Shown piece by piece: positions 1-12,589 of a DNA stretch of 36,095 nucleotides. The position numbers and the translations under genes are program-made. Every line of letters starts with the position of its first letter. Position 1 is the first letter of the stretch. The stretch is taken from the NCBI RefSeq assembly GCF_001194135.2, contig NC_068993.1:17534823-17570917 (forward strand), written 5' to 3'. The notes under the pieces are model-generated. The model was given only the letters and a program-made list of their open reading frames with translations, was not told where the DNA came from and made no database searches. The stretch comes from Octopus bimaculoides (lineage: Eukaryota).

Positions 1-350
1 TCATAGAATCGTGGTTTCAATTCCCAGACTGGGCGTTGTGAGTGTTTATTGAGCGAAAACACCTAAAAGCTCCACGAGGCTCTGACAGGGGATGGTGGCA
101 AATCCTGCTGTATTCTTCCACCACAACTTTCTCTCACTCTTACTTCCTGTTTCTGTTGTGCCTGTAATTCAAAGGGTCAGCCTGGTCACACTGTGTCACA
201 CTGAATATCCCCGAGAACTACGTTAAGGGTACACGTGTCTGTGGAATGCTCAGCCACTTGAACGTTAATTTCACGAGCAGGCTGTTCTGTTGATCGGATC
301 AACTGGAACCCTCGATGTCGTAAGCAACGGAGTGCCAACAACAACAACAA
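1..350 (+). mobile_element. tRNA-derived SINE-like element with (AAC)n tail, 5' end cut by window edge
   Basis: B-box-like GGTTTCAATTCC at 13-24; the head resembles the copy at ~3295-3370; ends in CAACAACAACAACAA at ~336-350. Confidence 0.6.
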
Positions 351-434
351 TCTTATGTAAGGAAAAGACACACTACATACGTTTATGTATTTGTTTTGCA
401 AGATTCCTGATATGAAATTGTGTGTTGAAACAGA

Positions 435-778
435 TATTGTTATATCTTGAGATGGTCATTTTTTTTTTTTTGGCCCTAACAACCACATACACTATATGCT
501 TGTTCCTTACTTCAGCTTTATTATTATCATTTTTATTTCACTGTCCTTTTTCTGAAATCTTTCATCAAATGGACTAAACAGGACAGGAGGAGACACATGG
601 GATGGAGAGTTGCTGAAGAGGTCACAGGGTGTGCGACAAAAGATTTCAGACAAAGAACACTAAAATAAGAATAATAATAAAACTAAAGTGAAGAACAAGT
701 ATATAGTGCATGTGCTTATTTGGCCAAAAAAAAAGGAAAAAAAAGAAAAGAAAATGACCATCTTGAAATATAACAATA
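435..778. mobile_element. MITE/foldback element with long imperfect terminal inverted repeats
   Basis: Left arm TATTGTTATATCTTGAGATGGTCATTTT..GGCC..CACTATATGCTTGTTC..GAAATCTTT (~435-565) is the reverse complement of the right arm AAAGATTTC..GAACAAGTATATAGTG..GGCC..AAAATGACCATCTTGAAATATAACAATA (~638-778). Confidence 0.75.
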
Positions 779-1249
779 CATATTACATAATTTAAGTCTT
801 AGTTACCCCTGAAAATTAAGATAGTTATAGCTGGAATGCCAATGATCTTAAGGTCCAGTTAATCATGGTTGACCTAGTGTTAAACAACAACAACAACAAC
901 AATAACAACAGTTACTCTAAACAAACGATCAGAACTAACATCTACTTGCTAACATTAGAAGAAATTTTATTGAAAAATCAAAATGAGTCTACTGAGTCAC
1001 AAATCAAACAACACTTGCTACTAACATGACATATCACATTACTTGTCACCTATATGCACATATATGCTATCAATACATATATATTCATGAATGATCACCT
1101 ATACAGAGAGAGAGAGGAACGTGCATCTATAGAGGTTTACTGGGTTTGGTTCTCACTTTCAGATATGAATCCAATTGTGGAAATGGTAAAAAGAAATGAG
1201 GCAAACATTATCCATTGGGTATTTAACATTTGTCTTCCATAATCAATGG

Positions 1250-1610
1250 GTCACAAATGAGTTTAGAGAAAAACTGGATAAAAGAAAAATCTAATGTAGT
1301 GCATAAGAGAGGAAACTGTCTGGTATGGACATGTGATGTGTATGAAATGTGTGGATAAAGAGGTAGAGCTTGAGTGATCCAAGTTGAAGGAATGTGCAGG
1401 AGAAAGTGACTGAAGAAGACACCGGAAGAAGTGGTAAAGACTGTTCTCAAGATGTTGAACCTCCCAAAGGTGATGACAAATGCTTGTGATTAGTACTAGA
1501 GAAGACCTGTGCAACCCATGTAAACCTGGAAAAATGGACATATGATGATAATGATAAAGATGATTATGATGATGATTGTGATGATGATGATGATGATAAT
1601 GATGATGATT
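1250..1610 (+). mobile_element. Degenerate RTE-clade LINE 3' end
   Basis: Remnant TGG TAT GGA CAT GTG (WYGHV) and a KKT-W/E-EVV-like segment, followed by a (GAT)n tail; same family as 25598-26232. Confidence 0.65.
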
Positions 1611-2380
1611 CTATATGTGTGTGTAGTGTGTATTTGTGTGGAAGTGTGTGTACATGCAAAACTGCCGTTTAGAGATAAAATTCTAACCATATTCTAAAAT
1701 ACAAAAAAATATTTAAATATATCAAAAAATAAATTTCTAATTTACCTATTTACAAAGAGACCTGGGTTCCATGTAAAAAAAGACCTAAAAAAAAAAACAA
1801 ATATTAAAATTGCTCCAAGATTGCTAATAAAAAATTAATAACAGCTCAGTGAAGTGCATTACAAAAAATATAAATTAAAAACAAAATAAACTAATAAAAA
1901 ATATTCTCTACATAGCAAACAAAATATTAGTTTTAAAATTAAGAAAAAAAAGAATTATTTGTAAAATATATTCAAATAAAAAATCCTCAAAGCAATATTA
2001 ATTTAATTCAAATAACTTGGAAAAATTAAAGGAGATACCAAAACAATATATATATTGTTTGTTCGTTTTACATCTATTTTTATTATTTTCTTTTCATGCT
2101 AGCATAGGTTAGACATGTTTTATCATTGAAGCTCTATTTTGCAGCTAGATGCTCTTCCAGTTGCTAACCCTTACATGTTTTCAATTAAGAAACCTATTTT
2201 GCACATTTTTGAAGGCACAAAGTGAGCAGATGATTTGTTGTCAGGAGAACTAAGAATAATGACACTGCTAACACCGAGCGACTTTTATAGAGCACAAAAA
2301 TAAACAGTGTGCATACATACACACACACAATGGGCTTTTTTCAGTTTCTATCAGCTAAATTTAGTCAAACGGCTTTGGTT

Positions 2381-2530
2381 GCAGGTATGGCTGTGTGGTC
2401 AAGAAATTCACTTCCCAGCTATGTGGTTTCATGTTCAGTCCCACTGCATGCTACCTTCAGTATTTTCTACAATAGCACCAAGATGAATCCTTGTCAGTCA
2501 GTGAATTTGGTAGACAAAAACTGAAATAAG
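2381..2530 (+). mobile_element. tRNA-derived SINE, 5' part
   Basis: GGCTGTGTGGT..GTTCAGTCCCACTGC..TTTGGTAGAC..AAACTGAAA; homologous to 8815-8980 and 30527-30700. Confidence 0.75.
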
Positions 2531-2542
2531 AGTGTCTCATAT

Positions 2543-3266
2543 TGTTGTAAAGTGGGTTCTTCCCGCCGATGTGATGTGTGACTCCTGTTGTACTGTAGTT
2601 GTTGTTTTACGCTAGTAACCACAATAGTTACTAGTCATCAGATACCATTGTGTCTCTTTGTACCCGAATAGTAATACATTAACTTCTGTTTTACTATCGT
2701 TGATAGCTCAACATGACACTGACTAGAACTGTTGACTCTCAACCCTCTCTTGATGACCTGCTACTATTTATAATGGCTCTCACCTACCACTTTTTACCAG
2801 GAAGAGTATACAGTTTCACTATACAACATCTCCCCTTTCTTTTATTCACTCCACTTCCTCTTTTTTTTTATATACATATTTATATACTCAAGTAATGTAG
2901 TTACCCATTGCCAATTATTGTAGTATTGCCACTATTTATGACAATACTTGCTTATACTATAACCATGTAGTAATAATAAAATATGTAATGAAGCAGGGTA
3001 ACAACAATATAACAATATAACAATCCAATAAACTCTTCATGAACTATACACGAACTAACAAATGATATTCCGACAAACAACCAAAACAACACCTTACGAC
3101 TTCCTGCGATTAATGCCTACTCTCTCTCTATCTCTCACTCAGACCGCTACTGTTTATAGTTGTTCTGTCAAGTCTATTCTTTCAGGGGGTGTTGTGACTC
3201 TCACATATTGTCACATGACGAAGAGATTTCAGGGAAATGAGATCACTGGTGTGTGACATAACAACA
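2543..3266. mobile_element. Possible solo LTR
   Basis: Bounded by TGTTGT...ACAACA; minus strand has TATAAA followed by a GA-rich tract; composition differs from flanks; no TSD found. Confidence 0.35.
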
Positions 3267-3294
3267 ACTTAGATATGATTCTATAAAAATGCAA

Positions 3295-3550
3295 GGCCTA
3301 GTAGTCAGGGTGTTGCACTCATGATCATGAAATCATGGTTTCAATTCTTGGACCAGGTGGTACTTTGTGTTCTTGAGCAAAAAACTTCACCTAACATTAC
3401 TCTTTGGTCACTTCAACACCTGTCATGTGGTACACCATGCACCCATTCAGTTAACATCAGTTTGATGGAGGGAGTGAGTTAATGTACTGTTCAAATATTT
3501 AATCACTATAAATAACTTAATTGTGGAGGTTGTTCAGTAAGAAACTGTCC
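3295..3550 (+). mobile_element. tRNA-derived SINE (old copy)
   Basis: A-box-like GGCCTAGTAGTCAGG and B-box-like GGTTTCAATTC; head similar to 1-60. Confidence 0.55.
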
Positions 3551-4155
3551 TTCTTGGACTATGAGAAACTACCATCAAATCAAAATATAGATATGGTTCT
3601 ATAAAAAAGATGCTTCAGTGGTCCCTGAAGAGGGTAAGATATTTAAAATGATAAAGAATAGATTTGTTTATATCTGTTTCTATAATTTATGTGTAGCTGG
3701 AGTGAATAAACAATAATAAAAATGTATTTTAAAACAACAGAATGATTTAACAATTTTACTGAAGAAATCATATATATCCACTCAAAATTTCATTGCTCTT
3801 AGCTGTGGAAAGATGTTTTATATACTAATCTATCTTCCATTGACAAATATCATGTTTGAAACTGTTTTTTGTTGAGATATGTCAGGTTTGTTGAGATAAT
3901 GTGACTTGCAGAAAATCCCAATTCTATTTTTTGGTAGATATTTAACATTGTAACTGGAATAGCCATGAAAGTTAATTTTACTGCTAAAAGGTTAAATATA
4001 CAACTGGTACAAATCTAGAAATGATAACTGAGTTTTAATTTCGTTTCTTGTTGTTGCTGTTTAGCTTTAGGTTAGCCCTGTAAAGATTTCATATGTAAAT
4101 GCATAAAAGTGTTCATGTATAAAAGCCCATTATATGCAACAGAAGCAGTATTAAA

Positions 4156-4292
4156 TTAACTTTTAGCACACTGAAGGTGAATCATGTTACCATACAAGTT
4201 TTCTTGCATAAAATGCAACACAATGCATCTGCAGCTGCAGGGGAGAAAACTTGTATGGTGACATGATTCACCTTCAGTATACTAAAGGTTAA
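4156..4292. mobile_element. TTAA-flanked MITE (piggyBac-type ends), near-perfect hairpin
   Basis: TTAA at 4156-4159 and 4289-4292; ~47-bp arms (CTTTTAGCACACTGAAGGTGAATCATGTTACCATACAAGTTTTCT / AGAAAACTTGTATGGTGACATGATTCACCTTCAGTATACTAAAGG) with about 4 mismatches. Confidence 0.8.
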
Positions 4293-4534
4293 AACAGCCA
4301 TCTGTGTATCATATTTAATACAAATGTATGGTAGAAAGGCAAATTAACTGCAGTTTTCATCCAGAGATATTGCTTATGAATGTACTGTGTTTAAAAACAG
4401 ACAAAAATCATCCAGCAGTGGCAGCGATAATGCTTAATGTGTATTTCTGCCTCATTGGGCCTTGTCAATAGCATGTACCCACTACCATTTGTATGCTGTA
4501 ACAATATCTGTTGCTACTCTATAATAGTGCTTAC

Positions 4535-4875
4535 GAAGATGTATAGAGATGTTAATGTAGATGCATAAAAGTGTCATTACAGATGTATAAAAATGCTTGT
4601 ATATAGATATATAATAGTGGTCATGTATAAATGCATAGAAGTGTGAATGTTGATGTATAGAAATGTGTATTGATGTATTAAAATCCCAAAGTGTTGTGGT
4701 ATAAAAATCTTGATGTGAAGATATAAAAATGTTAATGTTGATGTATAACTTTTATTACAGCTGTATAAAAATGCTAATGTGTAGATATACAAAAGTGTAA
4801 ATGTGTAGAGTTATAAAAGTGTGAATTTATGTACTTATCAAAGTGTTAATGTAGGTGTATAAAAGTGTTATCAAA
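4535..4875. repeat. Degenerate ~20-24 bp minisatellite (consensus near ATGTATAAAAGTGTTAATGTAG)
   Basis: About 15 diverged units visible by eye. Confidence 0.7.
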
Positions 4876-5487
4876 GCGTGAAGCAGTAATTACAAGGAGA
4901 CAAGAGTTTGATTGTCATTCAGCTTTGACATTTTATTGACTGGTCCATTGACTGTGTATAATCTGTAAAGAAATTTCTGTTTAAAATGTATAAATAATTT
5001 GTTCAATAGATATCATGCCCCATTAGGGCAGGACTGACTAAAGGGGAGGGAGAAAGCAGCAACAACAATTGAAAAGAAAATGATGGTAATTTTTTTAGCA
5101 ATAATGATAAATAAAATATTCATTTATAAAGCATATGCCATATAAAATATTTATAAATATAAAAGATGTTGTTCAAGCCAATGCAGAATCATTAATGCAA
5201 GCCAGTAAAGGAGTATCTATGTTGGCCAATGAGGGAATCTTTACATAAGTCAAAGAGGAAGCCTCATTGACACAACTGACTTTCCGTCAAATTACATCCT
5301 AACAACTTGAAAAATATGTTATGTCTGAAAAAGAAAAAGAATGTTTTACCTAGCTGTAAAATAATATAACCATATCAAAGAAGGACAGTAAAGTTCTAAA
5401 ATGACCAGATATGTTCTAGTAACTTGGAATAATAGTTTAGCTTATAACCAAAATAATGTTAGTCTGTGTAGCATGGTTGAATATACT

Positions 5488-5699
5488 TTAACCCTTTAGC
5501 ATTCAGATTAAGTTATCAAATGTAATGCTTATTTTTAAATCATTTAGTATTTTGTAGCTTCAAGATTTTGAAGATGTGTTTGTTTATTTTTAGAATGACA
5601 TTGTAGGGTAGGTGTGAGAAGCTGAGTCTGGTCAGTTTCAACATAAAACTAGTAGAATATTTAGGCTGGATATGGCCAATTTCAGTGCTAAAGTGTTAA
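5488..5699. mobile_element. TTAA-flanked MITE (piggyBac-type)
   Basis: TTAA|CCCTTTAGCAT ... GTGCTAAAGTG|TTAA; the body is the reverse complement of 35745-35931. Confidence 0.8.
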
Positions 5700-5721
5700 G
5701 CCTTAAAATATGTTATAAACA

Positions 5722-5940
5722 TTAACCCCTTTGTTACTGTATTTCTGTTGAAATATAGAGCTTTTGGTTAAATTAATTTCAAAAATAACAAAGAATTAAG
5801 TAAAATAATTTTGTCATTATTAAGCTGGTGTTTGGAACATAATTAACTTGAAATTATGATGAAAGATTTTAATCCAGGTTATTTTAAAACAAGAAACTTA
5901 TATCATTGAACAAGAAATAGTTTCATGCAGTTTAGTATCA
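5722..5940. mobile_element. Second TTAA MITE, right end lost
   Basis: Starts TTAACCCCTTTGTTAC; no matching right TIR seen. Confidence 0.45.
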
Positions 5941-6344
5941 TCTGTTTTGGAATTATGCTGTTATCACACACACACACACACACACATACCATCCCCATCC
6001 ATCCATCTGCCTGCCTGCCTACCTACCTACGTCCCTCCTAATGGTTTTTGTCATCTATCATTGACAGTTTGAGTGTCTCCACTAGGAAAGTTTCTCCCCC
6101 AAGACACAAGATGTTTTATAGTAGACAAACAGCTGCTTATGAATGAAAGTTAACTCTCTTAAATACCAATGTTTTCCAAAGGAGAGGCCAGTACAACATG
6201 GCAGCAATTACACTACAAATTCTGCCATCAGACTGTAGATAACCAAAACTGATACCAAAAGGTATCCCTTCTGACATTCCAGCAATCCCATGAATCCACT
6301 ACCCTGCACAGGAATTTTTTTTTGTTGACCCTGAAAACTCAGTT

Positions 6345-7121
6345 TCTTGCCATACCTCCAGAAAAAAATCAGAAGTGACTGTCAGAGAATTTCTATAACT
6401 GTTGTTGTTCGTTGCGTCTCGTGTTTCCGAGCTTGCAATCCAGTTCATTTTCCTGGGTGTTTGAACCGCAGATGGCTCCGCAAGCCAAGGGTTGCATGAA
6501 ACATACGGAGACATTGTGGACAAGGGATAGAAGGGGTTGGTTTGGGAAGGAGAAGGCACTGCTTTCTCTCCCGTCTCTTGAGTTCAGCTCTTGCGACTTA
6601 GGCTTTCTCAAAGTCCACTGAACCCGTTTTGATGGTGTGTCTCCAGAGGGGTCTGTTTGCCGAGATATCCTCCCAGTGTGTGGGGTCGATGTTGGTGCTT
6701 TTCAAGGTTGATTTGAGTTGGTCCTTGTACTGCCTCAAGGGGGCTCCACCAGGACGTTTTCCTTCAGACAGTTCACCGTAGAGAGAGATCTTGGGAAGCC
6801 CCAATTTCTGGCTTCCTAAGCCCACCAATTGTAATCAGATGGATTACTGTGTGTGAAGCACGGTTGAGAAAGACATGAGCCACTCTGCCTGCAACACCGA
6901 AGCTGAGCTAATGGTCAAGATTAAGGAGGTGTTTGGAGATCTTCCCAAGGACACAGTGAGGAACACATCTTGAGGCTGTGGCTACTTTGAGTAAACTATT
7001 ATCTCCCGGCCATAATCTAGTTGAGGTTTTTTGATTTTTGTAAAATACTTCTATTTCTGGATGGGATATTATGTTTCCTTTACCTTTTATGAAAACTGTC
7101 AAATTTAGCCTGAACACCCTG
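6345..7121 (+). mobile_element. Tc1/mariner (maT/DD37D-like) transposase remnant with right TIR, interrupted by an RTE insertion
   Basis: CHTSRK..QK*LSENFYN before 6400; resumes at ~6796 as SPNFWLPKPTNCNQMDYCV*STVEKD..ACNTEAELMVKIKEVFGDLPKDTVRN; ends ...CTGAACACCCTG|TA. Confidence 0.8.
6400..6797 (-). mobile_element. 5'-truncated RTE/BovB-like LINE 3' end
   Basis: LPKISLYGELSEGKRPGGAPLRQYKDQLKSTLKSTNIDPTHWEDISANRPLWRHTIKTG is typical of RTE ORF C-termini; (AAC)n tail at ~6400-6410. Confidence 0.85.
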
Positions 7122-7269
7122 TATACAAGCACATACACACATACATGAACACAGCTACATGCGATTTTAAAATTAACCCTCTCCCACCATCCTCCATCCT
7201 AACTTTCTACCCCTGTACCTCTACTCCACTGTACCCTTACCCCAATATATATTAGGCACATATATCTTC

Positions 7270-7625
7270 TATCTTTTTCTTGTTTCAGTCATTAGTCTGT
7301 GGCCATGCTGGGACAACTGCTTGAAGGGTTTATTAAATAAATTAACGCTAGTACTAATGTTTAAGTTCGGCACTTATTGTATTGATCTTTTGTGTTGAAC
7401 CATTCAGGGATGTAAACAAACTAATACTGGTTGTCAAGTGGTGCAGGGGGACAAATACAAACACACACACACACATGTATATATACAAGACAAGCTCCCA
7501 CACAGTTTTTGTCTACCAAATTCAAATTTACTCACAAAGCATTGTCAGCAAAGGGTTATAGTAGAAGACACTTGTTGAAGGTGCCATGCAATGGGACTGA
7601 ACCTGAAACCATGTTGGTTGCAAAT
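7270..7625 (-). mobile_element. tRNA-derived SINE, near full length
   Basis: Reverse complement of the 8815-9110 family; TTGTTTCAGTCA..CTACCAAAT..GTAGAAGACAC..GGGACTGAACC. Confidence 0.75.
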
Positions 7626-8569
7626 GTATATTGCTTATATATGCAAAAGATGATATAAGTAATTATGAATATACATTTTGGAAATAAAATTACATACTCC
7701 CAATTTACTTCATTTTCATAATTTAGGAAGCTGTTTCAGGTGATAAGTGTTAAGAGATGACTAATTTTTGAAATTTAAATATTCTAAGTTTTAACGAATC
7801 ATGAGCACTCAGTAATAATTTTCGTCTGTGTTTGTGTAAAGTTGAACATTTTGACTCATTTTCATAATCTGGTTATGAACTTAAGTATGTATATCATTTA
7901 GAGACTAATTGACAAAAATAAATTAAAAAAAATTAAAAAACAGAAAATTAAACTTAACAGAAGACTACATGAAGCAAAAAAATAAATAAATAAATAAATG
8001 AAACAAATTTTGATGTTAGAAAAGCAGTAATTAATATACTCATTTATTTAAAGTTAAAAAAAAAAACCCTTGATCTAAATTTCATTAAATATTGTAAAGT
8101 AGTTAGTATTCAATGTGTAATGAAGCATCTTTAATAGATGTATAATAATTATGAAACAAATGCTTCTTTTCTTACTTAGAATGAAAACAAAAAATTTTTG
8201 CTATAATTATTATTAGCTATTGTTAATTTAACTAGATTTTGTAAAGGTGTGTCACCCAAATAAATGAATTAAAATTAGTTGAAAATGTTCTGCTTTGGTT
8301 ATTGCCTACTGAAGCTGGTTAAGGGGAGAGGGTTGGAATGTTGCTTGTCTTTGAATGTATTTGTTGATTATAGAAAACAGCAACAGTTTCTAAAAACATA
8401 ACGAACCAAAACAATCAAATGAAGAAAGGAATTTTTTTGTTGTTGTTTTTTTGTTTTTGAAATTTTTCCTTTACTTTCTATTTCCTGTCTAAATAAATAG
8501 TAACTTAATTAGTAAAGCGTTAATTTTTCTTTCAGATTAAGCAATTATTTTAACCTTATACACTAATAC

Positions 8570-8800
8570 ACACATGTATGTATGTATGTATGTATGTAAT
8601 TATGTATGTATGTATTTATGCATGTACATATGTGTGTGACTACATAGACAAACACACACAAAACAGATATATATATATATATGTATGTATATACATATGT
8701 GTATGTGTATATATATGTGTGTGTGTATATATATGTGTGTGTGTGTGTGTATGTGTTTATATATATGTGTATGTATTTGTATGTATCTCTCTCTTTCTCT
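8570..8800. repeat. Compound (TATG)n/(TA)n/(TG)n/(TC)n microsatellite
   Basis: Seen directly; explains four overlapping YI/CV-rich ORFs. Confidence 0.95.
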
Positions 8801-8814
8801 CTGGCTGTGTTGTA

Positions 8815-9110
8815 GGCACAGGCATGGCTGTGTTGTAAGAAGCTTGCTTCCCAACAACATGGTTCCAGGTTCAGTCCTGCTACATAGCACCTTGGGAAAA
8901 TGTCTTCTACTATAGCCTTGGGCCAACCAAAGCCTTGTGAGTGGATTTGGTAGATGGAAACTGAAAAGAGTCCGTTGCCTATATGTATATACATATATCT
9001 ATGTGTTTGTGTTTATCCACCACCACCACTACCATCACCTGACAACCTCTGTTAGTGTGTTTACATCCCCATAACCTAACATTTCAACAAAAGTGACTGA
9101 TAGAATAAGT
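8815..9110 (+). mobile_element. tRNA-derived SINE
   Basis: GGCATGGCTGTGTTGTAAGAAGCTTGCTTCCCAAC..GGTTCAGTCC..GCCTTGTGAGTGGATTTGGTAGATGGAAACTGAAA; several copies in the window. Confidence 0.85.
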
Positions 9111-10872
9111 TTCTTTAGTCCAATATATATAAAATTCTTAAACTTCACATCTTATCTATAATTTTTAAATTTAAAATTGACACTACTTCAGGGTTATTGT
9201 ATGAACTAATTACATCTTTATTATTAACATAATAATTAAGCTAATATTGATATCTAAAAGTTTTCCATACTTAGTATATGTAAAACAATACTGATACGTT
9301 ATTCAGACTAAAGAAAAAGCCCTGTTGACCTAGATGCTTAATGTTAAATTTCCCCTACATTATGATAGTAGTAAAAAAACACCAACCTAAAATTGTGTTG
9401 CCACTATGATCAGAGGAATCTTTACAACCATATCCATATATAATGCTTACACCTTCCCTTTCCTTATAAGGGAAAGGTTGATTGTCCCTTTAAACTTTAA
9501 ATCACTAGATAAGAAACAAATAAAATCAGAGACAGTTAGAATTCTACCTAGAATTAATTACTAGCCTGTTAGCCTTGGCTATGTCAAGATGGTTTTTTTT
9601 ATGCAACTCCATTTAATTGAACAATGTAATCATTACATCAATTTAAAATGCAGAGCAATCTTCAGCTGCACAAAGACATAGAATTTAATTAAATTAGAAC
9701 AGATGGACACATTAGTATAATTATACCTAAAATATCCCAGAGGTTAAGGAGACAGACAGAAAACATCTTGCTTTAGCCACACCATGGAAGCTAATAAAAA
9801 AAATGTCAAAGAAGACTCTGCCTGTCACTGATTTTATTTGTTTTTTTAGTTTAGATTTATAGACTATCATATTAAACCTTGTATATCTAAAGCTTAAGAG
9901 AATAAAGGGTATTATCTATTAGGGGTAGGAGTGAGAGAGCAGACAGAAATCATGGTTGGTATAGTCATAAACTCATGAGGAAAACTTAAAACAAGATGTT
10001 GGCTGGCGACTAAAGGGTCTCCCACTAGCAGACCATTAATAATGAAACAAGGGAAGTCTTATCATGTAGTACTATAGTTAAAAGTTTTCAAACAATGTTG
10101 CTATATTGTATGCAGACAAAGATTATGGTTATTCATAGAGTTATTAATAAGAATATATTAACTGGTGCACCAGCATGACCGCAGCCACTTGGCTGAAACA
10201 CATAAATAAATAAATAAATAAATAAATAAAAGTATAGAAATTTATGGATACTTTTGAGCATATACCAAACTTATACCACAATAGAGGGAGGAAAAGAAAA
10301 GAAAATTATTCAGAAATAGTTTAATATTTATATATACTGTATGCTTAAAAAACTAACTCATCATATGGTATCTATGAATATTGATTAATAGGTATATACT
10401 GATATTAATAAATGAGTATCGAGGTAAAAGAACACTATAATTATATATTAATAAAATTATATTCTAAGGAATTTTTTTATATATTCAGTAAATATATCAG
10501 TATAGTTTTATATACACTAAGTATGAATTAATAGAGATACGAAGATTTGCTTAATTTATTTATGAATAAATCATCATCATCATCATGAATAAATAAAGGC
10601 TAGTTATTAATTAATAAAGAAATGAAATAAAATAATCAATTAGGGCAGAATACCATAGAAATAAAATAGCTTAATTACCAATGTTATGGTAAAGTATATT
10701 TAGCTTATTAACACCAACAGAGAAGATTTATATAGAAAAAGTATAATGATTTGAAATATATTGGATTAAAAATTTTTAATTTAACTTGTATAGCTAATAT
10801 CAATATAAGACTGATGTCTAGTGTCAGTTAAAAGAATATTTAAGTTACGGAACATTCAAAATTCTACACTAA

Positions 10873-10910
<38 letters not shown>

Positions 10911-12111
10911 AATTGAGGGATTATTTTATAGGTTTAAGAAGTTATTATTTTTATTCCTTACATGGAATTTATAGTTTCTTAGTCGTACTTGTTTAAAAGG
11001 GTTAGGGTTAGGGTCTTATTGTCTTATTGTACAGAGTTAAAATTCAGGATAATCAAGAAGATTATTAAGAATGAAATTTTAACAAAATGATAAAAAAAAA
11101 CTTCTATGAATATTAAGAGTATATACCAAAATATTTTCTTACCACAATGGAGGGAGGAAAATGAAATAGTTTAATATTTACTTACTTATTACCTATCTAA
11201 ATATTAACTTATTGTATGGTTATTATAAAGATTGATCAATTGGATTTACATAGTATTTAATGATAGACCAACCGAGGTTAAAAACCATGATAATTGTATA
11301 CATTATTTAATTAAATTGAACTGTTTTAAGTTATCAAGATACTGATATTCCCCTATATAGGCTGGGTATAAAATAATAGGGGAAGAAGGATTAGATTTAT
11401 TTAAGTCATCTATAAAATAATAATAACAATAATAATGACAACACCAATAAAATGACTCGTTAAGGTCGAGCATCATAGAAAAAGAATAAAGACAGCCTAT
11501 TCACTAAAAACCCTAATAAAATATCCGTATCTTACTAACTTAAATAGCAAATACTTACAGAAAAAATGTTAAGTAAAAACAATATATCATTATTGGGTAA
11601 AGTTAAAATTTGGTGTTATCAGGAAGAGTTATCATTTAGGTAAGAGACCAAAATTTACTATAAATTAGTTAAATTTTACTCTAAGCAGTTTAAAATCTCA
11701 AGTTTTGAGGATACTCATAATTGTATATTACAAGCTAAGGATGAATTTATAGGGGTGCAAAAATTTAAGTTTTTCTAGAGGTAATTATAATATATTAAAA
11801 ATGGTCAGGTAGGGTTAAAAAAAAATTAGAACAGGATATAAAATAGTCTAATCACTAAAATCATGATGAAATATTACACAACTTAGTAACTTCAATAAAG
11901 AAGATTTATAGAAAGTATGTAATAATTCAAGTATCTAAAACTAAAATTGTTTATTTACTTAATTAACTTGTATCTATACTGACTGCAACCCAATATTAAC
12001 TAAAGGAAAGTTAATGCTATAGGGCATACTACCTATGCACTGATTATAAACTAAGAAGTACATAAGAGGTTATAAGACACAAAATTAATAAATTTCTACT
12101 TTCTAAAATAT

Positions 12112-12350
12112 TTAAAAGTATGGGGGGAAACTATGTACACACAATACTCTAAGGTTTAATCTATTATTAATCAGGTTATTATTTTCTTTATGCCTAAAAA
12201 TTTCATATGCTTCCATAGAGCAAAGCTCCCACCCATATCTGCTATTTCTATAGAGCTGAGCTTTTCTTATTATTTCCCATTTGAGGCTAAACCTGATTCC
12301 ACTTTCTTTCAATTCCCAAATCTTACTGGATAAAGACGTACAATTCGCCT
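12112..12350 (-). mobile_element. Penelope-like element, C-terminal half of the GIY-YIG endonuclease
   Basis: [49 protein letters not shown]; paralogous to 21443-21700. Confidence 0.8.
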
Positions 12351-12351
12351 T

Positions 12352-12490
12352 ATGTATATACATATGTATATTTATGTATATGTATATATGTATATATATG
12401 CATATGTGTGTATATATATGTACATATATATGTATATATATATATATATGTATATATATATGTGTATATATATATATGTATATATATGTA
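12352..12490. repeat. (TA)n/(TATG)n microsatellite
   Basis: Seen directly. Confidence 0.95.
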
Positions 12491-12589
12491 GTGAGAATTT
12501 ACAAATAAAAACAAAAGATGAAGACGGGTGTGTAAACAACAAACAGATGTATTAGTTTAATGCTCGGGAAGTGAGAAAGTCTTTTATGT

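Noticed and set aside
6209-6386. Minus-strand frame ending ..GSGFMGLLECQKGYLLVSVLVIYSLMAEFVV*, resembling a GPI-anchor tail
   Set aside because: It overlaps the antisense of the mariner remnant, has no convincing linked exons, and has an A-rich or weak acceptor context.
10999-11013. GGGTTAGGGTTAGGG telomere-like motif
   Set aside because: Only 2.5 units, compatible with chance.
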